The notes under the pieces were generated by a model that ran no database searches, was not told where the DNA came from, and saw nothing but the letters and a program-made list of their open reading frames with translations. DNA of 64,000 nucleotides, from NCBI GenBank assembly GCA_047967505.1, contig CM106538.1; one strand, 5' to 3'. Made by a program: the position numbers and the translations under genes. Below, in pieces: positions 49,830 to 62,673 of this stretch (positions are counted from its first letter, which is position 1; each line of letters begins with the position of its first letter). Origin of the DNA: Dipteris shenzhenensis. Its lineage: Eukaryota.

Positions 49830-50819
49830 ATACATGTAGAGATAACGGTGGTCAGATGAGAGTGAATGAAGATGGTACCCAAGCAACAAGGGAGGACGAA
49901 TCAGACATTCAAACAAGAAAATGTTAGGATCTCCCATTTATACTTAACACATTGTAACGGCAGAATTAAATTATTGAAAAGGGCATGACAAACTCCTTTG
50001 TACAAAGACTCATCGAGAGCAATATTTCTAGTAAACATATGACAATGTAAAATTGCAAGCATAGCTATTACTATTTTTCAGGGATGATTATTTCATGTTA
50101 GTTTCATTAAGAAGCGAAACTTTTATATTGGTGTCGAAAGTTTGTATGTGCTAATAAAAATAAAATTTTAAAACATTCTCCAAGATTTGAAACTTTTATG
50201 TGAAAAATTTGAAAGTTTCACCAGGATTTACATATTTTACTTCAAAATTAAAAAGAAAATATACAAATTTGTGCTATATGTTATCAATATTGTGAAACTT
50301 AAAAAAATAGCTAGATAAACTTTCTCTAGGATTTTATATTATTATATATATATACCTTCAATAAAAACATCCATGCTATTTTTGGAGTACAAAATAGTCT
50401 TCCATGTCTCTTGTCTATTTAAATCTTTTAATTTTTTCAATATTCAAGAGTGTTATAGTTTTCTACTTGAATTCTAAGTCAATTTTTATGGATTAAATTA
50501 AATTCATAAGTCTTTGTTTTGTAAGTGGTTTTTCATGGATTTAAATTAATAACTCATGATTTTCTTTTAACATGAATAAAATTCTTAAAAACAAGAAATA
50601 TAAAAGTAGGATTTAATAGTAGTTTTTGCATTATTAGTACAACATTATAGAGAGAGATTGTGAATTTATTATGTGGAAATGACAATGCTAGAAAGTAAAC
50701 TTTTGATTCTCAAATGACATTTTCATAAAGTAGACTTTTCATTTGGGAAGGATTTTTAGGATTAGTCAAATGTAGACATAAAAGTCCAAAATTAATGAAT
50801 ATGTGTTGAAAATGTATAT

Positions 50820-51790
50820 GCAAAAATGTACAAATTGCAATACAAAAATGGAAATGCAGAAATGGAGATGCAAAAATGTGGAAATGGGAATGCAAAAATG
50901 TTGAAATGGATATGTAGAAATGCAAAAATGAAAATACAGAAATGCAAAAATAGAAATGCAAAAATGGAGATGTGGAAATGCGAAAAGGGAAATGTGGAGA
51001 TGCAAAAATGTGGAAACGGAAATGTGGAAATGCAGAAATCGAGATGTGGAAATGCAGAAATGCCGAAATGGAGATGTGAAAATGCAGAAATGGAGATGCG
51101 AAAATGCAAAAATGTGGAAATGCGAAAATAGATATGCAAAAATGTAGATGTGGAAATGCAGAAACGGAAATGCAAAAATTAAAAAAATGCAAAAATGGAG
51201 TTGCAAAAGTGTGAAAACAGAAATGCAAAAATGGAAATGCAAAAGTCCTTAACCAAAAATGCGAAAATGATGCAAAAATGCAGAAATGGAGAAATGGAAA
51301 TGCAAAAACAAATGCAGAAAAGGAAATGCAAAAACACGGAAATGTGGAAACAAAAATGCTGAATGTGGAAATGGAAATGGAGATGTAAAAATGTGGAAAT
51401 GGAAATGGAAATGGAGATGCAAAAATGTGAAAATGTGGAAATGCTGAATGTAGAGACGGAAATGCGAAAATCAAAATGCAAAAATGCGGAATAAAGGTGA
51501 TGCGAAAATGCAAAAATGCAAAATGGGAAATGCGAAAATAGAAATGTGAAAATGCAGAAGTGGAAGTGCAAAATGCAAAAATGGAGATGCAAAAACGATA
51601 AAGTGTGAAAACAAAAATGGAGAAATGTGGATATGGAAATGCAAAAATGGAGTTGCAGAAATGCAGAAATGGAAATGCAAAAGGCAAAAATGTGGAAATG
51701 TGGAAATGCCGAAATAAAAATGGAAAAATAGAAATGCAGAAATGTGAAAATGGAGATGCAAAAATGTGGAAATGGAAATGCGAAAACAGG
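50820..51790 (+). repeat. About 1-kb degenerate short-motif array (GAAATG / CAAAAATG / GGAGATG)
   Basis: Continuous variants of aaatg-containing 6-8-mers; explains the long F/H/I/C-rich spurious ORFs. Confidence 0.92.
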
Positions 51791-52448
51791 AAGAGAGAAA
51801 ATCAATGGAAAAGGTGATGCTCATGTTCAACCATTTGAACCTTGCCATGATAGAAGGCCACCTTCCAATTCAAATTGAAGTACCTTATGGTACCCCAAAA
51901 CAATGCAACGTGAGAGAATGCACAAGGAGGTACAAAAGCCAAGGTAGGCCTTGCAGGCACGAGAGCAAGCTGAGTCCGCTAAAAAAATGGTCGAGATGAA
52001 AAAGCATAGAAGAGAAGAAGTCGAGAAGTGCATCAAGCTACTACAGTAGCAGCTTGATGACATTAGAATGGTTGGGGACAAAGCGGAGCTAGTACGGATG
52101 GAAAAAGTTCTTGAAGATCAGAGAATCGATAAGGAGGCTCTTTACCCAAGAGCTCTACAAAATGTAGAATGCATCGAGCATCGATAAAGATGAAATGATA
52201 GAGAAACTAAAAAGGGTGAATGCAAAAACCAAAGCATTGATGCAGGAGCTACAAGAGAGCTTTCAAGTCAAGGAAGGATGCAGATCGAGCAAAGAGTAGC
52301 CACGGTGGATGAGACAATGACAATGTGCAATTTTGGAAGGATATGTATAATCCTGAAGTCAAATTACACTAGGGCTCTGCAAGAGCTTGCCATGGCTTTT
52401 GAAAGTTTTGACAAGCAATCCTTGTAAGACATTACAAAGATATGGTGT

Positions 52449-53150
52449 TGTAGGCATAAAGTCAACCTTATGGTTGACCAATAGTACTTGGGTACTATAT
52501 ATACTAAGTACTTGTATTGTTTCATCTGAACATTTTTATTGGAGCTTTCTTGTATGTGCACTCTTGCTCACTTGTGTTCACAACCTGTCTCCACTTTGTT
52601 CCTACATTTGGTATCAGAGCACTTTCGTCTCTAGAGCCCATTCCCAAACTTGCTTCCAGACACCCGCAAGCTTGGTGCTCCAGAGCGCATTCTTGTTCTC
52701 ACATTCAGCTCTCCAGCTTTCGTTTGAGTTGTATGGACCTCTGTATGGATCTGTTCGTATAGTTTTGTGATAGTGCCGAGAGTCCGTACAACTTGTCGGA
52801 AGGTGATTTCGAGTCCGTACGACTTGTTAGAAGGTGATTCGAGTAGTTTTGACTGCTTTTTGGCATTTTCGCTCAGATCTGGACTCTTTTCAGCTCCAGC
52901 CTCTCCCGAGTGTGTTCCAGTAGCTCCAATCATCTCCATACTTCTCCAAGCTCTTCCCTACATGTGTATTGTGTTCAGAAGTACTCCTGACAACTTCATT
53001 CAGCTCCATGTATTCATTTTCTTGCAATTGTGAGTGACCCTTACTCCAATAATCGTGAGTGACCCTTACTCTAATATGCTAGCTATCAGAGTAGGCGATC
53101 ATTTTTGCAACCACAAGAGATCTCTCTCATCACCATCTTTCTCTCATCAT
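52449..53150 (+). mobile_element. Truncated Copia-like 5' end: 158-bp LTR (52449-52606), tRNA-Met PBS (52609-52620) and leader
   Basis: TGTAGG...CCTACA terminal inverted repeat followed by TT and TGGTATCAGAGC. The right boundary is approximate. Confidence 0.75.
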
Positions 53151-53449
53151 GCAATTTTGGTGCACCATACTATAGCACGCTAAATACAAGAGCTATGGAC
53201 TACAAACTTGCCAAATGAAAAGTGCTTGTGAGCCTCGCAAGCTTTCTATATGCATAAAATGGATGGGAATAGGTCTCATACCAATGGTAATAGGCCTAAT
53301 ACCATCACTAATAGGCATACTGGCATTGTTAATAAGCCATAGTACCATTGGTAATAGGCCTAATACTACTGATAGGTCTTGTACTCCACCTTTGCTAGAC
53401 ACTCTTTGAACTTCCCAAAGGTATCTAACTTCTCCTTTAGCAAGTATAC

Positions 53450-55000
53450 CCACACGTCCTAGCTATAGTCATCTATAAATGTAATAAACATGTGTGGACA
53501 TGTGCCCACATAAGCTAGAGTGAACCAGCTCTAAGGATGCATTCTCTTGTTCTAGCTTTACAAAAGTGGCTCCTATTGTTGCTTACTCTAAAGGCAAGCT
53601 GTGCAAATAGAAGAATGTGTACGAAGATTGGGAAGTCTTATTGCCATATTATCTTGATGCATCTTTGCAAATGTGTTGAGTGCTATATGTCCAATTAATT
53701 GCTTGTGCCACAATGTACTCACTAAAACTTGATCACAAGAAAAGAATGCATTTATTTGGTACCCTTTTGGTACATACCATCATCACCAATCCCTGAACTG
53801 ACAATGTAGTTGCTCTAACGATTTCTCATTAAGACCTTCATGTCATCAAACTCACCTTTAATCATGTTATTCTTGGTAATGGAAGAAATTAAAAGTAGAT
53901 TCTTTTCAAGTTGGCACATATAAAACATTAGATAGAGTCTTACACATACCATCATGAGTACTCCATTAATATATTAAAGTCCTCTCTTTTACCAAACACT
54001 TTGAATCACCAGTGGTGGTAGCCCTTAGCAGGTATAGGTTCAATTTGCAAGAACTACTCTCCTTTAAGGTCATGTGGTGCATCCACAATTTATATACCAT
54101 GGATACTTCAAGGTAGATACAAGTGCCACCTCATGGAACTCTACACAGTATAACACATCCTTTGTGATGCCCTCGAGTCTTCCTTTGGCTTTGTCTACTT
54201 TGTGTTATGACTAATTCTTTTGATAACCCTTGGCATAATGCTTTTGATGGTAGAAGCATTTCACTTGCTTCCAAGCTTCTTTTGATCGTTATATAAAGTG
54301 GAATGTCCTATGGGCTTTCTACCCTTGGTCTTGTTCCTTGAGAGCTTTCCCTTCTGTCGGGATATGAATGCAACATCATCCACCCCTTCAAATAAGTCTT
54401 GCATCATCTCTTCTTGAATTAACAAGAAACTCACTTAGTAGTTTAGTACTTCTCTTGCCAAGAGCAAGCATCATGATAAAACTTTATTAAGTATTAATGA
54501 ATTTGTAACATTACCACTAATTTTGGAGAATCCACCTTGGTGATCGCTACATGTAATTCGTCTCAAATCCCTTTCACACTTTTAATAAAACCAAACATTG
54601 GATCTCTATCACTTAGCCATAGTGAGAGAAGCTAAGACTAAAGATTGACTACATGGGTTAGAGCTGAAATCAGAGTTGTCTCTCGAAGGATCACCCATGC
54701 CTCAAAGCATCACCCATGCCTTTGGAATCATACTTGTCTCAAAGGATCACCCATTCCTTTGCTATGGTTGTAGCCATCTGAATAAATGGTATCATGCTAT
54801 CCACTAACATCGTCCTGATGATACCCAATGCTTGTGCATCCTTCTTCCTCTATTTTGATCTCATTGTCAACTTTGTCTTTGTAGTTAAGATATTCTTTTA
54901 CAGTAATTGGAGGTAGAGCTTGTCCTCACCAATCACCTCCTTCCATAATGAGCTAGCTTGAACTTCCTTGTTAGATAGTTTGTTCTACTATATAGAAATA
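53450..55000 (-). mobile_element. Very decayed Copia gag-protease relic
   Basis: Minus-strand remnants DAQALGIIR (gag) and a WYI..G...HMT-like protease segment near 54070-54100; many stops. Boundaries are approximate. Confidence 0.5.
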
Positions 55001-56415
55001 TCCTACATTGAGTTCACAGAAGCTTTAGGTTATAGAAAGTACCTAGTTCCATAGAAATATCCCACAGTCCACATGGATATTCGACATAGAATAAAAGTGA
55101 AGAGAGGAGTTGGCTCTAAGAAACCAGTCAAAGTGAGCACTACATGAACACCTCACATGCTCTAACACCATTTAGAAAAATAGAGAGAAAGACTTCCATA
55201 AAATGGAAAGTTCTCACAACATGCACTACACAAGATCAATCAAAATCAATCTGGAGAAAACATGGTAGAATGAACTATATATATTCTAGCAGTAATACAG
55301 TGAACCTGAGAATAAAGATTCATTCTAGGATTCCTATAATGTGAAGAAGGCATTGCTACACTGAAACGCCTACTCCATGCAACTTTAGTAGCCAGAGGTG
55401 GGTGGGAACAATAGAGAAGAGGCACTAGAAGTGAGAGAAGAAGTGACTAAAGAGGCTAGAGTGGAGACAACCTCTTGCAAGCCAACCCTAATTATGGTCT
55501 AGCTGACCCATTATGTTGACTTGCTTGTTGACCTACCTACTATAGGCCTATAAAATGGTTCACTACAATATTATTCTATCATATAGTAAGCTCTATTGTA
55601 ATATAGCCTCTTGCTACTATTACTATGCGTGAAGAAGGCCTAACAACCCTAATAACTAATCTTGAGATGGATTCTCTCCAACCTCTAGTGAATGCCCCAA
55701 GACAAGGCATAATAACACCAACATTATATTTTCCTAATCGAGCCTAATTCTCCTAATGGGTTACATAAGCAAGCACTAATGGGTTAGATAAAGCAAGCAC
55801 TATCTTGTTTCAATACTTCTTTCTTCATTCAACTTCTAGCCCTAAATTTTCCCTTTTTGTTTCTTAGTTTTAATAGTGATAGGGTTGTTCACTTTTTTTT
55901 TTCCTTTAAACAGCATCTAACAGAACAATGTAAGTTGAATGTTTATTGGGATTTAAAGGGAGATAATAGCTACTCTCCATGGCTTTAGAGCTTAAGAATA
56001 GCCTATGTAAAATGGATAAGCTATCCTATAAGAATAGTTGACTGCAATAGATTATACACAACCAAACAATTTTTGCCATTCTCCATAATCACAGACTTGG
56101 GGACAGCAAGTAAGATCATTAAATATGGTCCCAATGACAAAGAAGCAAGAAGGTAAAGCCCTCGTAAAGCTCTCGTAAAGCCATAGAAAGGAGAAAGGAA
56201 TCGCTAGAAATTTTCATGAAACCAATATATAATGAGAGGCCGCAATGAACAAAAGAAGAATAGGACCAAGAATAGGAAGAATTATTAAGAACTTCAATGC
56301 TTCCAAGGACCAAGAATTAGGGAACGCTACATCTAGTATTGCAATTCATCTCCTCTTACAAAATTACAAGACTTAGCATATGAAATTATAAGCTCATGGC
56401 ATGGAGAGGAACGTC

Positions 56416-59040
56416 TATTGGGATATGTGTGATCAAGGGCTTGCTAGGTGCATGTGTGCGTCCACTAGCAATCATATGGTTGTGTGTGTGTGTAGAAGAG
56501 GCACACTTAGTGCCATAGACCATGACACATGTGATGATGTAATGCAAAGGCCCCCACATGGGGTGGTGCCTATGATTGTGGAGTTCCTTTGATTTAGGCC
56601 AGTCCCACTAATGTAGGGGCTGATTGCCATTGCTTTAGGAGAGGTGCCCATGATTTAGACCACCCTCTCTCCCATTCTATAAAAGAGGGACTTCCCTCTC
56701 ACAATGAATAGAACACCCATTTGAATATCTCATGTGTTCTCACTCCCCTCCATGATGAAGCTCTCCTGTCTCCCCAAGTTCCAACATTTGGTATCAGAGC
56801 CATGATCCTCCTTGAGCTTTAGACACCTAGGCTGCCACCTCATCATCTTCTTCGACCTTCTTCCATATCTCTCCCATTTTCCCCAAATCTTGATGCATCA
56901 ATTTCGCTAGATCCAACAATTAACTTTCAGAATTCTTGTGGCTCCAACTTCCCCATGCTAGGGTGCACCTCTTCACCATTGGGATTGATGGAATTCTACC
57001 GTGAGCAGTCGTGCTGCTTCGTTCTTTGCTCACTAAACTTTCAAGCAATTCTACCTACATATGTAATATTTCACCAATTCCTCTTAGCCACAAGTGGGCG
57101 ACACTATGAGCTTGCTGCTCATGAAATTTGAGCTCAAATTCTTACTAGGATAAGGAGAAATCAACAAAAAATTAGTTGGAATAGGCGCATCTTTCCACGG
57201 TGACACAACACGCAATTTTGCCATCCCTCTCTTATGGAAGTAGTACTCAGTAAGAGCTTCCATTTTCCTATAAAATCCCTCTCAAATCTTTTATCTTCAA
57301 CTTCAGTTGAACCCTCCAACTTCATACTGTTCAATTTGGGGGTAACAATGATATCTGCTTCTAATATGAACCATTGAATATGGTTAACTAGAAAGTTTCA
57401 TTATTATCTTAGTTATCTTTGGTCTTTCGGATGTTTGACCATTGAAAGTGATCTAAACCATTTTTCAATCTTATGTTTGGAGCATTGTCTTGCAGTTTGA
57501 CACTTTTGGTAAATGCTCATGATGCATTTATGATATATTTTGAATTGAATGCTATTTTGTGAAGGAATAGACACTGTTTTTCCTCTATATGCTAAGAGTT
57601 ATCTTTGGTCTTTGGGATGTTTGACTATTGGAAGTGATCTGAGCCATTTTTCAATCTTATCTTTGGAGCACTGTCCTACAGTTTGACAGTTTTGGTAAAT
57701 GCTCATGATGCATTTATGATATATTTTGAATTGAATGCCATTTTGTGAAGGAATAGACACTGTATTTCCTTTATGCTAAAAGTTTGGGGTATCTAACTAT
57801 CTCTCCAACCAATTATACTTGTGGAGAAGGAGACTTCTTTGTAAGGGACTAGACACTACCACATTAATGGTAAGACCTTCCCAATATGCCTTCATCATAT
57901 TGTTCCTCTAGCATTGATTATGTATCTCAGAGGAAAGCATTCTTAAAGAATCCTAGAATGAGAGTAAAACCCTGTAATGGTGAATATTTCATCAAGGTGA
58001 ACACCAAAAAAAAGATATGTGCATTCTGTGGAGTACCCAATCATACTATGGAGTATTGCCACCTATAAAGTTTTTCTCTATAAGTGCTCTCCAAAAGACA
58101 AAGCCCAAGAAGAGGAGAGGAATGACTCCCACTACATCTCTAAAGAGAATGAAGCATATCATGTGAAGAAGAGCTACATCAACAATAAAGCAAATCTAGT
58201 TGAAGGAAGAACTCCATCAGTAAATGAAGAATCAAATTTTGTCATAGATGTAGATTGGGCTTTCTAGAGTCTAATATTTTGATCTTTGGTCATCACTTGG
58301 TCATGTAGTCAATTTTGAGGTTCTCTACCTGGATTAGTATTCCAAAAAGAATGTTATGGTTTTGCTTCAGTCCATATAGTCTTTGTAAATCAGCTTTGGT
58401 CACCATATGATGTAGACCATGTGATATGTCTTTGCCCCCATGGTACCTCTTGCAGACTTGAGAAACTAGGTCCACACAAAGGCCTAAGATTCATCCTTAT
58501 ACATGAAAGGGAGATAACCATTTCAGGGGGGTCTATCCCATTTTGTAAACCTTGACCCTTGGGAACCTTTGCTAGCATGAGATCCTAGCCATAGATTTAT
58601 CCTTGACCACCATGAGATGGCATGAGAAACTATGTGACTAGATGTATCCTTGACATAGCAAGAGGCAAACCCTTGAGGGGGGGTATGTTGGGATATGTGT
58701 GATCAAGGGCTTGCTAGGTGCATGTGTGCATCCACTAGCAGTCATATGGTTGTGTGTGTGTGTGTGTAGACGAGGCACACTTAGTGCCATAGACCATGAC
58801 ATAGGTGATAATGTAATGCAAAGGCCCCCACATGGGGTGGTGCCTATGATTGTGGAGTTCCTATGATTTAGGAGTTACCTCCTTTGATGTAGGAGAGGTG
58901 CCATTGATTTAGGTCACCCTCTCTCCCATTCTATAAAAGAGGGACTTCCCTCTCACAATGAATAGAACACCTATTTGAATATCTCATGTGTTCTCACTCC
59001 CCTCCATGATGAAGCTCTCCTCTCTCCCCAAGTTCCAACA
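56416..59040 (+). mobile_element. Non-autonomous 2.6-kb LTR element (Copia-type PBS) with only a gag-like remnant
   Basis: LTRs at 56416-56786 and 58686-59040, PBS TGGTATCAGAGCC at 56789-56801, PPT GAGGGGGGG before 58686, knuckle CAFCGVPNHTMEYC near 58020-58060, and an internal duplication of about 185 bp. No TSD. Confidence 0.9.
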
Positions 59041-59585
59041 TCATATCAAATGATGGTTGCTTGTTTAGCTAGTTCCCCCCATAAGTCAGTTCTTTCATAA
59101 GGATTTTATTTCTACATAGCATAACACTTTGACCTATTTGTTTAAAGTGAGTGGAACATAGAAGCTTCAGACAATTAGGAAGAGAGCACCTTAGGGTTTG
59201 GAGCATATGGTTGTAAACCGGACAAAAGGAAGAAGAATTTTTTCGTCCAATTTTAGAAGGTGTTCATCGAGAACATAAGGAACTAGCACTAGAGCTTTCA
59301 CTAGAGACATTAGATCTTCGCTAAAAATCAACTAATCTGGAGCGGCTTGCATCAAGGGAATTGATATGCATGCCAACTCTTTGGAAATAAAGATTGAGTG
59401 CACTTAGGGATCATGTAAGATATGCACCAATGATGTAGTAATCCAAAGAGTCTAGGATTCAAGAAAGATCACAAATCCTCCTCTAGGCTATACCATGAGA
59501 GGCCATGCTCATAATGACATTTCAAAAAGTGGAGATCTTTGAGACTAAGAGTTAAGGCTAGTCTGAAATGCTTCCATTAAGCATA

Positions 59586-60143
59586 AAGACGTAATGAATC
59601 ATGAATGAAATAATAATTTTATAGAGCACGTGAAACAAATCAATGTACAGTTGCAGTAGGAGCAATGCCACACAAGAGCAAGAAAGAGAAATACATGCAG
59701 GGTTGAGACAAGAAATCCTGCTCATAAGAAAGATGGAATGAGGAACAAACTCTGTCACGTAAGTGAAGATACATCAGGCTAATGAGAGGCTAACTATGGC
59801 CACTAATCAGCTTCACAGTATAGTAGCTGGAAAATGCCCAGCACAGTTCGAGAGCAATACTGTCCGAAAGTACGCTGTCATTGAATACTTAGACGTAATC
59901 TGAGAATGAATGAAAGTGTTTTGATAGAGCAGCTGAAACAATCGAATGTACAATTTCACTAGGAGCAATCACAAAAGAACCAAGCTATATGCAGAATGTT
60001 ATACAAAAGCAAGAAATCCTGCTCTTTAGATGGATGAGGTGGGTAGATAACAGTGTCACAAGCGCGAAGGTACACCAGGTTAATTGTGGCCACTAATCAG
60101 CTAGTTCACAATCTAGTAGATGGCCAGCACAGTTCGAGAACAA
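59586..60143 (+). repeat. Diverged tandem duplication with a period of about 300 bp
   Basis: agacgtaat...atgaatgaaa...caagaaatcctgctc...tggccactaatcagct...ccagcacagttcgaga occurs at about 59587-59853 and 59891-60139. Confidence 0.8.
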
Positions 60144-60435
60144 ACAGTGATAATTTCCTCCCCGTTAAGCTTGCGCACCATGACGTGGTCTGTCAGCTCC
60201 CTCATCTTGCTTGAACAAATACTCATATAGCAATCGAAATTAAAGCCTGATCAAAATGGAAAATCAAGTTCTGAGACTTCACGCTTGCACCTGCTAATGG
60301 CCATTTCGAAAGCAAGATTTCCATGGACGTTTTTGCCTCGATGGCCTTTGAGAAGTACAAGTTTTGCCATTGTTGTCTGATGCAGCTGATGCGAGCGTGG
60401 ACAGCTTCAGAGCATCATAGCTAGGGGAGCATAAT

Positions 60436-62673
60436 TCAGTCGAAAAGCCACGTATGCAACACGTGAGATTTGCCTGGGTCTTCAGTTGCTGAATGATGCA
60501 TATGAGATTTGTCGTTGGACTCATCAGACTGGTCAGCTTCTGCGCCTAATGTATGAACGGAAGGCCCCGCTTTCGCAACAGTACTAGCATTCTGATCAGG
60601 AGACGACTGATCCTTTGCTTGCATTGGCGTTGGAAGCTCTCCAGCCTCTTTCGGTCGACCCATTAATACTGTTTCACCCTTCCCTGCTGCAATCGTATGA
60701 TGATCAGGCGGTGCAGTCGAGTGAGGAATAGACCGGTGTTTTGGCATTGGAAGCCCTCGACCATCAGTCTTAGAGCGGTCCAACGATTGCTCACTCTTGC
60801 CAGTTTTATCGGGATTAGGTTGTTCCATACTAGCATTGCCAGCAGCAGCGGCAGAAGCTTGCTGCGTTCCTTGAACTAGTTGAAGCCCTCGACTATCTTT
60901 CGCGCGATCAAACGTTGCGTCAGGATTAAGCTGTGTACTTTCAGCAGAGCCAGGTGAAGGCTGGTTCTTTGATTCAGCCGGTAGAAGCCCATCTCTCCCT
61001 TTCGAACTTTCCATTGACGATTTATCATTACCAAGCTGCTCCTTACTTGCATTGTCAGTCGAACCAGGAGAAGGCTGGTGCTTTGCATGAAATGTTGATG
61101 AAAGCCGTCGTCCGTCTTTCGGACGCCCTGATTCACTCTTCCCACTTATATCATAATCAGGATGTGCCTTCCCTTTCCCGGGACCTAGTCCTTCGCTTTG
61201 CATTGGACGTTCCAATGAGGCCCTCTTGCCTGCAGGCTGTGGCTTTCCTTTCACTAGACGAACACCTTGCATCCCCTGAAGTGGACGTCCTAATGGAGTC
61301 TGCTTGCCAACCGAATGATCAGGAATTACAGCATGTGGTAACCCTTGGGTGCCCTTTTGCTGGAGTAATTCCCTGTTCACTGTTGGTATCGCCGGGCCGC
61401 CGCCATGAAGAGTATCGCCGTCCTGTTTCGGCCTAGAAGTCCCGTGATCGGCTTTCGCCTGCCGCCGAGAGAATTTCCATCTCCACAACCATGCAATCAA
61501 TTCCACCGAGGGCACAGCCAACTTTAGGCAACGTGTGCTCCTTCTATCAGGCGGTAGAGGCGTCTCCTTCCAGTACATCCAGCATACCAAAGGGAGAAAC
61601 AAGTTGAGCCATTGCTTGGAGCGCGTTCGGAGACTCCATCTGGCAAGGAAGCCAAGTATGAGAATCAAAAGAAGCATCCCGCTCACAGAAAAAACGACGA
61701 CGAGTGCCATCCTATTTCGGAGCAGGCTCAATCCACGTCCACTTGTTGTGACGGTGCTCCCAGGAGAAGGAACTGAGGAAGTGCGTTGGGGTGGAGGCGG
61801 AGGGGAAGCGGCAGCGGGAGGAGGTGGTGGGAAATAAGGTGTAGAGACATGGAAGCCGCTTGAGAAGGACCATGAATATATTGTGTGCAGTTCTGCTAAG
61901 CTTCCTGTCGCCGCACTGAAACCCACATACATATAGTCTCGGATATAAGGAGAAATGTCCAGCTGCATTGCAATCACAGGCTGAGCAGGCTTGATCTGGC
62001 TTTGACTTGCAAAAACCCGGATATATTTTGCGGTGCCATCGTAGTCTATCCAGCTGGTGATCATGCTACCGTCGTTGAGATCGATTCCGGGAATGGAAAG
62101 ATTGTAGGTTCGGACGGATCTGAGCGAATTGATGTCGATGCCGATGTGGTTATCGTTGGGGTCACGGAAAGGGGGGTTGAGATGGGTATCGAATTCGACA
62201 GCCACGATATGGTTATAGGCTTGGCCATTGGTGGTGGAATTGAAGAGGCCAAGGTAACCGCCGGAGGAAACGGTGAGGTCGTCACCGGAGTTGAAGGTGG
62301 GGCAGATGAGGAAGGCCATGCCATCCCCGTAGAGATTCACGCTTTGTTGTTTGTTCATGGAGAAGGTGAAGGAGGTGTTGAAGGAGGCGAGGGAGTGGGA
62401 GGAGGAGTTGAGAAAGTGAACGGGGTGTTTGTAGAGGGCACGCCCGATGGATGCAGTGGTGTAAGGGTTCATTTGGAGGACGCCAGTAGAAGGGGAGATG
62501 ATGGAGGCTTTGAAGGGGGTTACGGTGGAGGTCCAGGAAGCGTATGAGGATGCAGAGAATTGGACGCCATGGCTGCTGGGTGTTGCTACAGAGAGCAAGA
62601 GAAGAAGAAGAAGGGATTGGAGGCAGATGGTCGACCTTCTGTACTTGCAGCAATGAGCTCTTGGAGTCGCCAT
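60436..62673 (-). CDS. L-type (legume) lectin domain membrane protein without a kinase domain, 745 aa
   Basis: Signal peptide (LLLLLLLSVA); lectin motifs GRALY, SFNTSFTF, GDGMAF, VAVEFDT, NHIGIDINS, YVGFSAATG and HTIYSWSF; proline-rich linker; TM segment MALVVVFSVSGMLLLILILGFLA; polar tail of about 400 aa. Single uninterrupted ORF. Confidence 0.92.
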   Translation of the reverse strand: MATPRAHCCKYRRSTICLQSLLLLLLLSVATPSSHGVQFSASSYASWTSTVTPFKASIISPSTGVLQMNPYTTASIGRALYKHPVHFLNSSSHSLASFNTSFTFSMNKQQSVNLYGDGMAFLICPTFNSGDDLTVSSGGYLGLFNSTTNGQAYNHIVAVEFDTHLNPPFRDPNDNHIGIDINSLRSVRTYNLSIPGIDLNDGSMITSWIDYDGTAKYIRVFASQSQIKPAQPVIAMQLDISPYIRDYMYVGFSAATGSLAELHTIYSWSFSSGFHVSTPYFPPPPPAAASPPPPPQRTSSVPSPGSTVTTSGRGLSLLRNRMALVVVFSVSGMLLLILILGFLARWSLRTRSKQWLNLFLPLVCWMYWKETPLPPDRRSTRCLKLAVPSVELIAWLWRWKFSRRQAKADHGTSRPKQDGDTLHGGGPAIPTVNRELLQQKGTQGLPHAVIPDHSVGKQTPLGRPLQGMQGVRLVKGKPQPAGKRASLERPMQSEGLGPGKGKAHPDYDISGKSESGRPKDGRRLSSTFHAKHQPSPGSTDNASKEQLGNDKSSMESSKGRDGLLPAESKNQPSPGSAESTQLNPDATFDRAKDSRGLQLVQGTQQASAAAAGNASMEQPNPDKTGKSEQSLDRSKTDGRGLPMPKHRSIPHSTAPPDHHTIAAGKGETVLMGRPKEAGELPTPMQAKDQSSPDQNASTVAKAGPSVHTLGAEADQSDESNDKSHMHHSATEDPGKSHVLHTWLFD

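Noticed and set aside
50710-51848. Phe/His/Ile/Cys-rich ORFs up to 325 aa
   Set aside because: Simple-repeat translation, open in all three minus frames.
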